Below are positions 8,167-15,970 of a DNA stretch of 32,000 bases, one piece after another (the first letter of the stretch is position 1; the number at the start of each line of letters is the position of its first letter). This DNA comes from Vibrio vulnificus CMCP6 (GTDB taxonomy: Bacteria; Pseudomonadota; Gammaproteobacteria; Enterobacterales; Vibrionaceae), in contig NC_004459.3 of assembly GCF_000039765.1 (NCBI RefSeq), positions 2,571,127 through 2,603,126 on the forward strand. Reading direction: 5' to 3'. Made by a program: the position numbers and the translations under genes. The notes under the pieces are model-generated. The model searched no databases, was not told where the DNA came from, and saw only the letters and a program-made list of their open reading frames with translations.

Positions 8167-8295
8167 AGCATAACAAAGCGTTTAAGACAGATTCCCAACG
8201 CATGGCATTTTTCATTCCATCGTTGGGTTTTGTGTTTAAGGTGGTATGGTTAAGTTTCGTGGTGGCGTTGCTCACTACTTAACGCGGCGTTATGC
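8167..8295 (+). repeat. attC site 12
   Basis: gcataacaaagcgtttaagacagattcccaacgcatggc ... acttaacgcggcgttatgc. Confidence 0.92.
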
Positions 8296-8644
8296 TTAAT
8301 CAAATAAAATCAGTGGTTTATGGTTTTCTTTGTTCCCTCAGCTTTTCAGTTTTGTGTTTGTCGGCAAGTCGGCTTTTTTGAGCGCTTTTTTTCGGACTCT
8401 TATTCTTTGGCGCTAGAAATTCAGAGAATTGCCTCAATCAATTCTTGAGCAACTACGCGGTTAGGGCGGTTGGCTCAATCAGAAATCCATTTTTGGTTTT
8501 TAAACTCCAAGCCAGTTTTGCCAAAATCCGAAGTCTGATTATCAAAACTATGATTCATTTCGGCTTTCTAATCTTTGTCTTTTGTTTGCGAATCAAAGTC
8601 GAGTTAATCTTGGTCCTGGTCAAACGTAAGTCATTGAAGCTTAA
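8290..8644 (+). other. ORF-less cassette body, copy C of the repeated non-coding cassette family
   Basis: TTATGCTTAATCAAATAAAATCAGTGGTTTATGGTTTTCTTTGTTCCCTCAGCTTTTCAG... closely similar to copies A and D. Confidence 0.85.
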
Positions 8645-8771
8645 GCATAACAAAGCGTTTAAGTGGGATTCATGCCGCGTGGCATTTTTGGTATGCAGTG
8701 AGTTTTGGTGGTGAAAGTGGTCTGCGGGAAGTTGGTTTATGCGGCATTCACCCCTTAACGCGGCGTTAGTT
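8645..8771 (+). repeat. attC site 13
   Basis: cataacaaagcgtttaagtgggattcatgccgcgtggc ... ccttaacgcggcgttagtt. Confidence 0.95.
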
Positions 8772-8791
8772 TGCTAAAGGCTAGCGATTAA

Positions 8792-9289
8792 CTAGCCTAA
8801 GCTTGCTCTCACATCAGCAATGGTGATGAAGAGTTTATTTTCAGCGTCTTCAAATGCTTGAAAACCATAGCGTTCATAGAAGTGTTTCGCACCGTCTTTG
8901 GCATCAACGATGACAACTGGAAATGCAACGCTATCACTTGCAGCTAATAGCTTTCTGAGTGCGTCAATAAGCAGCCACTCACCAAAGCCTTTCCCTTTGT
9001 ATCGGTCATCGACAGCAAGGCGGGCAATCAGACCACCAGAGGTGGATGATTGGTGTTTTTTTTGTAACTTATCGGGCAATGCCTTTAAGTCAATTGGTGT
9101 CATTGTTAGCGTGTAAAAGCCGATGACATGTGAGTTGTCGTTATCATCTTCCAAAACAAACGTTCTGGTGTTGTCTTTTTTTGCTTGCTGACTCGCCATT
9201 ACTTTTAAGTAATTATTGAGAGCTTCGATACCACAGTTGAATCGGTTTCTATCGTGTTTAGCTTTATCTAGAAGTACCGTATTCATCAT
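8792..9289 (-). CDS. GNAT-family toxin of a type II toxin-antitoxin pair (AtaT/TacT-like)
   Basis: MNTVLLDKAKHDRNRFNCGIEALNNYLKVMASQQAKKDNTRTFVLED...GGLIARLAVDDRYKGKGFGEWLLIDALRK...FYERYGFQAF; partner DUF1778 gene overlaps by 4 nt. Confidence 0.92.
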   Translation of the reverse strand: MMNTVLLDKAKHDRNRFNCGIEALNNYLKVMASQQAKKDNTRTFVLEDDNDNSHVIGFYTLTMTPIDLKALPDKLQKKHQSSTSGGLIARLAVDDRYKGKGFGEWLLIDALRKLLAASDSVAFPVVIVDAKDGAKHFYERYGFQAFEDAENKLFITIADVRASLG

Positions 9290-9558
9290 TGAATTTTGCT
9301 CTCGTATCGATCAGCAGCAGCTTTTAGTTTTGAGCTCTGTGTTGCAGGGCGGTCTAAAGCTTCCATGAGCAACATCGCATCTGCTTGGCTCAGTTTTAAA
9401 GCCTGTTCACGTTCGATGACTTGTTTAGCTTTTTCGATTGCAGCGCTTAGAACAAACGAGTTGATGCTAGACATGCCGGCGATCGCGGCAGCCTTAGTAA
9501 GTAAGTCTTGTGTATCGACATCAACTCTAGCGGTGATGCGAGGCAAAGTAGTAGCCAT
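9286..9558 (-). CDS. DUF1778 (RHH) antitoxin
   Basis: MATTLPRITARVDVDTQDLLTKAAAIAGMSSINSFVLSAAIEKAKQVIEREQALKLSQADAMLLMEAL; RBS GGAGATAAC upstream on the minus strand. Confidence 0.92.
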   Translation of the reverse strand: MATTLPRITARVDVDTQDLLTKAAAIAGMSSINSFVLSAAIEKAKQVIEREQALKLSQADAMLLMEALDRPATQSSKLKAAADRYESKIQ

Positions 9559-9645
9559 AATGTTATCTCCTGTTGTGTCAAAATGTCACACATGTATTAT
9601 GGTCTTAAAGTGTGCAATAAGCAATCTCTGTGTCACTTTGGCACG

Positions 9646-9775
9646 CAAACTAACAAAGCGTTCAAGACGGATTCCCAACGCTTGGCATTTTTGGTTTGCT
9701 TCAGTTTTAGTGTTTACGGCACAATACTTTAGGTACAGTGGTCTGCGTTGCTCACCACTTAACGCGGCGTTATGC
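9646..9775 (+). repeat. attC site 14
   Basis: aaactaacaaagcgttcaagacggattcccaacgcttggc ... acttaacgcggcgttatgc. Confidence 0.92.
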
Positions 9776-10193
9776 GACAGGGAAAAGTTTTTAGGTTTCT
9801 TCACTTTCGTTGTCTCTGGCTATTCGTTTTTCGCTCTCGGCAAATCAGCATCGTCGGCTCAAATTCTTGAATCACTGAAACCGTAAAGCATGCCAAAATT
9901 CGGGAAGTTGCCTCATTAAAAATCGCATTTGGCTGTGGAAAACTATCAGGCGCAAAGTGTGGAAAGGGCAAGTTTATGGAAAGTCGGTATTCGCTGAAAT
10001 TTCGGCTCGTTGAATTTCTCATGAGTAAAAGCCACACCTTCGCTTTAAGGTCGCGTTCCGTGCTTGTGGCGGCCTTTTTAGAAAATGTTGAGTCCCTTGG
10101 TTCTTGAATCACAAAAAGTTATCTGCGCGTTTGTAGTTTTTCGTGTTTAAGGTAATGTTTTCGTCGGCCAATTTGGCGTTTGCGTACAAATCG

Positions 10194-11285
10194 CTTAGTA
10201 TCAAGTTTGAAGTGCGACACTTTTTACAGATGCGCATGAATATACTCCGTTGGTGTCCTATACCCAAGTCTTTTGCGTGGGCGCGTATTTAATTTGTGTG
10301 CAATTTCATTGCAGAGCTTCTGTGTTACGTGTGACATAGAAGTTCGTTTTGGTAAGTATTGTCGTATCAAACCATTGGTGTTTTCATTAGTCCCTCGCTC
10401 CCATGAATGGTATGGATTTGCAAAGTAAAACAGACAGTTATGATGTTTTTCCAGTTGTGCATAACCATGAAATTCAGTGCCGTTATCCGCAGTTATCGTC
10501 TTAAAAGGTAAGTCAGAGCGGGTCATGATTTTGCTCATTCTTACGTTGAGCGACTCGCTTGTTCTATCGTCCATTTGCCCTATAAAAGTGTAGCCAGTCA
10601 TTCTGTCGACTAAAGTTACGATACAGTGCTTTGGTCCGCGGGCCAACGACGGTATCAATTTCCCAATGGCCAGGCTCATTTCGATGCTCAGCTTTTGCAG
10701 GTCTTTCGGTAATATGACGCTTTGCTGCCAGCCGACCTCGGCTGTCTTTTGAGTTATATCTTTTGCGCCTTTTCTTGGTCGATTGGCGTAGATGTTTCCA
10801 TAGTGTTCCACCGAGAGTTTTGTCGTTCCAAATATGCTGATAAATGAGCTCGTGGCTCATTGTTGGATAGCCTCTTACCCTTAGGTATCCGACGATTTGG
10901 TCAGGGCTCCAATCCAGTCGTAGCAAGGCTTCAGGTAACCTGAAGTCGATTTCGCTATAGCGCTTGTTTCTGCGCGAGCGGCTTAGCCGGTTGCGAGCCA
11001 TCTGTTGGGCTCTCCATGCTTGATAGGAGAACCTTCTAAAGTGTCTGTTGTATCGGGAATTACGTTCAATTTCTCGATAGATAGTAGCTTTGTGACGACC
11101 TAGTTGTTTAGCTATTTTAGCGGTACTAATTCCTTGCTTTCTGAGCGCAGAAATCATATACCTTTCGTTCTCAGTGAGGTGCGTGTATCTCATGTTTTTT
11201 ACTTCTTGGCGGGAGCAAACTTCATGATTATCGCATCTCACTGTTTTTATGTTCAGAGGTGTCGCACTTCGTACTTGAATCCAAG
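10194..11285 (-). mobile_element. IS30-family insertion sequence, copy 2 (about 1092 bp, 1 nt longer than copies 1 and 3)
   Basis: Same ends as copy 1 (CTTAGTATCAAG... / ...CTTGAATCCAAG); no obvious flanking direct repeat. Confidence 0.92.
10224..11193 (-). pseudogene. IS30-family transposase, frameshifted
   Basis: Near-identical to copy 1 but reads CTTTGGTCCGCGGGCCAACG instead of CTTGGTTCCGCGGCCAACG (net +1 nt around 10,632-10,650), splitting the ORF (track ORFs 10224-10811 and 10564-11241). Confidence 0.9.
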
Positions 11286-11286
11286 T

Positions 11287-11413
11287 AAGCTAACAAAGCG
11301 TTTAAGAGGGATTCATGCCGCGTGGCATTTTTGGTATGCGGTTGGTTTTGGTGGTGAAAGTGGTCTGCGGAAGCTTGGTTTATGCGGCATTCACCCTTAA
11401 CGCGGCGTTATGA
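11287..11413 (+). repeat. attC site 15 (directly right of IS30-family copy 2)
   Basis: agctaacaaagcgtttaagagggattcatgccgcgtggc ... cccttaacgcggcgttatga. Confidence 0.95.
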
Positions 11414-11418
11414 GGCAT

Positions 11419-11865
11419 ATGGATATTCAACTAATACAAGTAGAAAGTGATGAGTTCGAAAGTCTGTTTACTGTTGTTAAACAAGGACTTTATTCGCATG
11501 TTGATGCCGTCTTTGGGTGGTGTGATGAGTTTCAGGTCAATCGTTTAAAAAATGATTATGAGCCGCTTTGGTTTCACTGGGTTTACCTCAATAACACGCA
11601 AGTTGGCATGCTATGCTTCAAGCCTTACGACAATGCACTTCATGTACATTTACTCATTGTGTTTCCTGAATTTCAAAATCAGAAACTGGGTGAAAGGGTC
11701 ATGAACATGATTCACGAAATGGCGCGTGAGCAAGGGCGTAGTTACGTAACCTTATCAAGTTTTACTAGAAACGAGCCTGCGGTAAGGTTTTACAAATCCC
11801 TTGGCTATCAGGTGACTGAAAGCGATGAAAACTTCCTTTCTTTGTCGCTTCAAGTTGCCTCATAA
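11419..11865 (+). CDS. GNAT-family N-acetyltransferase
   Basis: MDIQLIQVESDEFESLFTVVKQ...LHVHLLIVFPEFQNQKLGERVMNMIHEMAREQGRSYVTLSSFTRNEPAVRFYKSLGYQVTESD. Confidence 0.9.
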   Translation: MDIQLIQVESDEFESLFTVVKQGLYSHVDAVFGWCDEFQVNRLKNDYEPLWFHWVYLNNTQVGMLCFKPYDNALHVHLLIVFPEFQNQKLGERVMNMIHEMAREQGRSYVTLSSFTRNEPAVRFYKSLGYQVTESDENFLSLSLQVAS

Positions 11866-11996
11866 CAAACAATTCAAGAGCGATTCGCAACGCATGGCAT
11901 TTTTAGTTCAAATCAACTTTAGTGTTTACGGTGCAATCGGTTAAGTTAAGTGGTGGCGTTGCTCACGCCTTAATTGGGCGTTAGGTTTCAGAGTTT
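11859..11996 (+). repeat. attC site 16
   Basis: ctcataacaaacaattcaagagcgattcgcaacgcatggc ... gccttaattgggcgttaggt. Confidence 0.9.
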
Positions 11997-12010
11997 ATCG
12001 AGAGCAAAGT

Positions 12011-12508
12011 ATGGAAATAGTCTTTGTTTATAGAACATATTCAATATTTGGCGGCAACGCCACTTTAGATGTCGCAGGAAAGTGGCTGAGCAAACAGTTG
12101 AAAGAAAATTATGGTGGAAACATCACCTCAATTATCTTTGAATTTTGCGCCAAGAATGTATCTCCTCCTAGAAAAACACTAGAGAATAATAATGTTAAGT
12201 TTGAAGAGTTTCTCCTTCAGCTCCCTATTGCTGAAGTTCAGAAAAAAGGAACAGAGCTTCGAATTTGCTCAAGGTTAGTTAAACATTATCACGATGATAT
12301 TGAACGTGATTCTCAGGTGTTATCGCTAAAGGTATTTCAAACAACGCTGAGTAAGAGCGCCACTTTAATAGAGTCATTAGAGGCGCTGAACAACAACCTG
12401 AAAGCGTTAGATACAAAAGCTTTATCTAGGGATATACGAAACGCAATAGAAAACGCGCCTCAGACGCTACGTGAGTTGGCAATGTTATACCTTGAACAAC
12501 AAACCTAA
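12011..12508 (+). CDS. Hypothetical cassette protein
   Basis: 165 aa MEIVFVYRTYSIFGGNATLDVAGKWLSKQLKENYGG...; fills the cassette. Confidence 0.8.
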   Translation: MEIVFVYRTYSIFGGNATLDVAGKWLSKQLKENYGGNITSIIFEFCAKNVSPPRKTLENNNVKFEEFLLQLPIAEVQKKGTELRICSRLVKHYHDDIERDSQVLSLKVFQTTLSKSATLIESLEALNNNLKALDTKALSRDIRNAIENAPQTLRELAMLYLEQQT

Positions 12509-12629
12509 CAAAGCGTTTAAGTGGGATTTGGCACGCGTGGCATTTTGAGGTTGCGTTGGGTTCAGTGATTACGGCGCTATGCGGTAGCTTTTGTATTGCG
12601 TGCCTGCACCCCTTAACGCGGCGTTAGCA
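12501..12629 (+). repeat. attC site 17
   Basis: acctaacaaagcgtttaagtgggatttggcacgcgtggc ... ccttaacgcggcgttagca. Confidence 0.92.
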
Positions 12630-12662
12630 GTCAACATCAATTACAGTGAATAACGAAAAAGT

Positions 12663-13451
12663 ATGACAAGTTTTAAAATTGAGAGGCCAGACTTCCCTTT
12701 GTGGGCTCCTAAATCTGTTATCGCTGAATGGGAAGAGCAAGCGGAAGAGGTCGCGTATTGGCAAAGAAAGTTTCCAACTTTAGAGCCTGATACTGATGAA
12801 GCCGATATGTTGGCGCGATTATTAACCTATGAAGACATGAAGTCGGTTTGGGAACGACTACCAAAATATAAAATTAAGCCGACTCTCTTTGTCTCCATGG
12901 TTCAGTGTTCTCAGTCTTTTATCGGTATTAAGCCTTACAATCTAACTCCCAAAGAGCATGCAATATGGCTTCAAGATGTAAAAGACACAGCTCTGAAATT
13001 GAAGTCTTTAATTCAATTTAGTCCCTACGACCGAATCCTAGAAGAAAAGTACCTCAAGAAACGACAAAAATATGTAATGGCAAATATAGTTGAGCACTCT
13101 CTACAAATACTCAAACCTGAGGTCAATGTTGAAGAGCACGAAAAAACAAGACCAGCTTATGAATCCTGGCCTGACTTTTTGCCACAGCCTTTAAGCGAAG
13201 TGCTGTCTGAGCTAGCGTCATTGGAGTCTGAGGATGAAATTAATGTTGTTGGTTCAAAGCGTAGGAAATCTGTCAGATTAGATAAGCCGAGTCATCCTAA
13301 TGCCAAACGTAGTTATTTCATTAGAAATTTAACTCAAGAGCTACGAGATTTTACAGGGCAACCTTTGCGTGACATTGTGACAGTCACTACGGCCACAGTA
13401 TTTGATACGCCATCTTTGACAGAAAGGCAGATCATTCGTATTGCCCCCTGA
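12663..13451 (+). CDS. Hypothetical cassette protein (262 aa), unknown function
   Basis: MTSFKIERPDFPLWAPKSVIAEWEEQAEEVAYWQRKFPTLEPDTDEADMLARLLTYEDMKSVWERLPK...; fills the cassette. Confidence 0.82.
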   Translation: MTSFKIERPDFPLWAPKSVIAEWEEQAEEVAYWQRKFPTLEPDTDEADMLARLLTYEDMKSVWERLPKYKIKPTLFVSMVQCSQSFIGIKPYNLTPKEHAIWLQDVKDTALKLKSLIQFSPYDRILEEKYLKKRQKYVMANIVEHSLQILKPEVNVEEHEKTRPAYESWPDFLPQPLSEVLSELASLESEDEINVVGSKRRKSVRLDKPSHPNAKRSYFIRNLTQELRDFTGQPLRDIVTVTTATVFDTPSLTERQIIRIAP

Positions 13452-13542
13452 CACAATATCGCCAAAATCTGGATTTAGTGTCATGTCAGGTTGGATAAGC
13501 AATTAAGTATCTTAGCAATGTAACCAGTGTTAGGAGAAAAAT

Positions 13543-13644
13543 ATGCGTTTTGAAGTTAAAGTTAGTCTTTGTATAAGCCCACAGTTTCTATCTAGCTTAG
13601 TTCAAGCTATAAAAATGTTGGCTATTGTCGGGTGCTTGATTTAA
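13543..13644 (+). CDS. Putative 33-aa hydrophobic small protein
   Basis: TTAGGAGAAAAAT ATG ... MRFEVKVSLCISPQFLSSLVQAIKMLAIVGCLI*; good RBS, between the 262-aa CDS and its attC. Confidence 0.4.
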   Translation: MRFEVKVSLCISPQFLSSLVQAIKMLAIVGCLI

Positions 13645-13662
13645 TAAAGTCGTGTAAGTTGA

Positions 13663-13760
13663 ATGCTAACAAAGCATTTAAGAGTGATTCGCAACGCTTG
13701 GCAGTTTCGCTTCGCTCAAGTATAGCCAAGCGCCGCTCACACCTTAATGCGGCGTTATAA
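13663..13760 (+). repeat. attC site 18 (short variant)
   Basis: gctaacaaagcatttaagagtgattcgcaacgcttggc ... accttaatgcggcgttataa. Confidence 0.88.
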
Positions 13761-13775
13761 AACAAGAGGGCAAAC

Positions 13776-14105
13776 ATGGAAAAATCTGAATATGGTAAGT
13801 GGATTCATACTGCTTTTACTGGCGCAAGTTTTGCCTACTTTCTAGCAGTCATTGATAAGGTTGACCTGATTGTTTCAAGCTACTCGTTAGCCTTTTCTAC
13901 GTTGTCATTTGCCTTAGCATTAGCTTTAAACGCTATTTTTGCAATGGTTTACTATGGTTTCGACGGAGAACTAGATGTTACTGAAAAACTCTCTAAATAT
14001 TGGTTGCTACGACGTTTCAACAGTTTGTCCCAGTGGTCGTTTATCTTTGCTGTGATTGGGTTGGTATATTTTGTCATTGAGCCAGTGGTGAGAATTGTTT
14101 TATAA
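13776..14105 (+). CDS. Small membrane protein, unknown function
   Basis: MEKSEYGKWIHTAFTGASFAYFLAVIDKVDLIVSSYSLAFSTLSFALALALNAIFAMVYYG...; about 3 TM segments. Confidence 0.8.
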   Translation: MEKSEYGKWIHTAFTGASFAYFLAVIDKVDLIVSSYSLAFSTLSFALALALNAIFAMVYYGFDGELDVTEKLSKYWLLRRFNSLSQWSFIFAVIGLVYFVIEPVVRIVL

Positions 14106-14225
14106 CAAACTGTTTAAGAGTGATTCGCAACGCGTGGCATTTTTACTATGCGTTGGTTTTAGTGTTTAAGGTGGTATGCGGCGGCTTCGGTATTGCGTTG
14201 CTCACACCTTAACAGGGCGTTAGGC
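14099..14225 (+). repeat. attC site 19
   Basis: tttataacaaactgtttaagagtgattcgcaacgcgtggc ... caccttaacagggcgttaggc. Confidence 0.93.
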
Positions 14226-14247
14226 GCTATTCACTTTAGGATTAGGG

Positions 14248-14727
14248 ATGAACGTAGAATTTAAAGTGATCAATTTGGCGCAAGATTATGATTTTTGCGT
14301 AGCTGCTCGAAAGGATGCTTACTATTGCAGTTTCGAGACCTTTTCGGGTTTTGATGATTTCATAGCAGGTTATCGAGAACGAATCCAAGAAAGGCAATCT
14401 GAAGCAGGTTGGTTTTACATCCATATCTGGTTGGATGGAATATTGGTAGGGCAGTTAGAGTTTCGTTCTTTTTCACCCGAGCCAGAGACCGGTTATGTTC
14501 ATTTGGTTTACTTGTTGCCTGAAGTTCGCGGTTCTGGTTTGAGCCAGCAAGTTCAGGCCTACATCGAAACAGAATTAGCACGAGCTGGTTGTGAGCGTGC
14601 TGTGCTTTCCGTGAGTAGAACGAACGCAAGGGCGTTAAGGTTCTATAAGCGTAATGGTTGGGTATATTGTTGCGCTAATCCGAAGCACGATGATACCGAT
14701 TTTTACCAATTACAGCTGCGCGCCTAA
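14248..14727 (+). CDS. GNAT-family N-acetyltransferase
   Basis: ...GQLEFRSFSPEPETGYVHLVYLLPEVRGSGLSQQVQAYIETELARAGCERAVLSVSRTNARALRFYKRNGWVY. Confidence 0.92.
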   Translation: MNVEFKVINLAQDYDFCVAARKDAYYCSFETFSGFDDFIAGYRERIQERQSEAGWFYIHIWLDGILVGQLEFRSFSPEPETGYVHLVYLLPEVRGSGLSQQVQAYIETELARAGCERAVLSVSRTNARALRFYKRNGWVYCCANPKHDDTDFYQLQLRA

Positions 14728-14848
14728 CAAGGCGTTCAAGAGGGATTCATGCCGCGTGGCATTTTTGGTATGCGGTGAGTTTTGGTGGTGAAAGTGGTCT
14801 GCGGAAAGTTGGTTTAGGCGGCATTCACCCCTTAACGCAGCGTTATGC
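14721..14848 (+). repeat. attC site 20
   Basis: gcgcctaacaaggcgttcaagaggg ... ccttaacgcagcgttatgc. Confidence 0.95.
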
Positions 14849-15190
14849 TTAATCACTTAAAATCAGTGGTTTATGTTTTTCTTTGTTCCCTTAGCTGATT
14901 TGTTTTGTGCTTGTCGGCAAGTTGACTTCATTGGGCGCTGCTTTTCGGACACTTATTCTTTGGCGCTGAAAATGCAGAGAATTGCCTCAATCAGTTTTCA
15001 AGCAAGCGCGAGGTTAGGGTGGCTGGCTCAATCAGCAATTTGATCTTAGCTTTTTGAGTTTTAGCGGCCAAATTTCAAAGTCAGATTTTCAAAAATCATG
15101 AGTCATTTCAGTTTTTAGGTTTTGCCTTTTGTTAACTAATCCTAGCCGAGTTAATCTTGGTTTTGGTAAAAATGTGGGCGTTGAAGCTTA
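14843..15190 (+). other. ORF-less cassette body, copy D of the repeated non-coding cassette family
   Basis: TTATGCTTAATCACTTAAAATCAGTGGTTTATG...GACTTCATTGGGCGCTGCTTTTCGGACACTTATTCTTTGGCGCTGAAAATGCAGAGAATTGCC... closely similar to copies A and C. Confidence 0.85.
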
Positions 15191-15318
15191 AGCATAACAA
15201 AGCGTTAAAGTGGGATTTGGCACGCGTGGCATTTTTAGTTTGCGTTGAGTTCGGTGGTTACGGCACTATGCGGTAGCTTTTGTATTGCGTGCCTGCACCC
15301 CTTAACGCGGCGTTATAA
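15191..15318 (+). repeat. attC site 21
   Basis: agcataacaaagcgttaaagtgggatttggcacgcgtggc ... ccttaacgcggcgttataa. Confidence 0.93.
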
Positions 15319-15395
15319 CACAAAATCAGGCTATTGCTCAAAAAGGCTATTTGAACTATTATTTGTACATTAAATTGTACTGTTAGGAGTTCAAC

Positions 15396-15677
15396 ATGAG
15401 CCGTATCCACTTTGACCAAGATATTCAGCCTTTGTCTGAATTTCGTGCTGGCGTAACGTCATTTATTAAACAGATTAACGAAACTCGTAGACCATTAGTA
15501 ATCACACAACGTGGTAAGGGTGTTGCGGTTGTCCTTGATGTTGCGGAATATGAAGCAATGCAGGAGAAGATCGAGTTACTGGAAGAAATGCGTACTGCTG
15601 AAGCACAATTAGCTTCAGGTTTAGGTGTTTCCAATGAAGACGCTCGCGCTCAAGTGTTGGGGCGTATTAAGAAATGA
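15396..15677 (+). CDS. Phd/YefM-family antitoxin
   Basis: MSRIHFDQDIQPLSEFRAGVTSFIKQINETRRPLVITQRGKGVAVVLDVAEYEAMQEKIELLEEM. Confidence 0.93.
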   Translation: MSRIHFDQDIQPLSEFRAGVTSFIKQINETRRPLVITQRGKGVAVVLDVAEYEAMQEKIELLEEMRTAEAQLASGLGVSNEDARAQVLGRIKK

Positions 15678-15961
15678 AAGTAGTCTGGTCACCACTAGCA
15701 TTACAAAAGTTAGGTGATGCAGCCGAGTTTATTTCACTGGATAACCCAGTGGCAGCAGAAAGCTGGGTTAATGAGGTTTTCGATAAAACCGAACTTCTCT
15801 CAAATATGCCTGAAATGGGGCGAATGGTTCCTGAGTTACCTCATACTAATTATCGTGAAATCCTTTTTGGCCACTACCGAATCATATATAGCCTCAGTCA
15901 TGAAATTCGTGTCCTGACAGTAAGAAATTGTCGTCAAATGCTAACGGAAAGTGATGTGTAG
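15674..15961 (+). CDS. RelE/ParE-family toxin
   Basis: MKVVWSPLALQKLGDAAEFISLDNPVAAESWVNEVFDKTELLSNMPEMGRMVPELPHTNYREILFGHYRIIYSL; overlaps antitoxin by 4 nt. Confidence 0.93.
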   Translation: MKVVWSPLALQKLGDAAEFISLDNPVAAESWVNEVFDKTELLSNMPEMGRMVPELPHTNYREILFGHYRIIYSLSHEIRVLTVRNCRQMLTESDV

Positions 15962-15970
15962 CAATTGTGT

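Noticed and set aside
8445-8714. 89-aa plus-strand ORF in the track
   Set aside because: Runs from the non-coding cassette body into attC 13; the equivalent frame is not kept in the homologous copies at 305-654 and 14843-15190.
9296-9886. 196-aa plus-strand ORF
   Set aside because: Antisense to the DUF1778 antitoxin gene and runs through attC 14; low-complexity composition, no family.
9801-10112. 103-aa minus-strand ORF in cassette body 9770-10193
   Set aside because: No recognisable motif or good RBS, and the region resembles the ORF-less cassette group; kept as unlikely rather than excluded.
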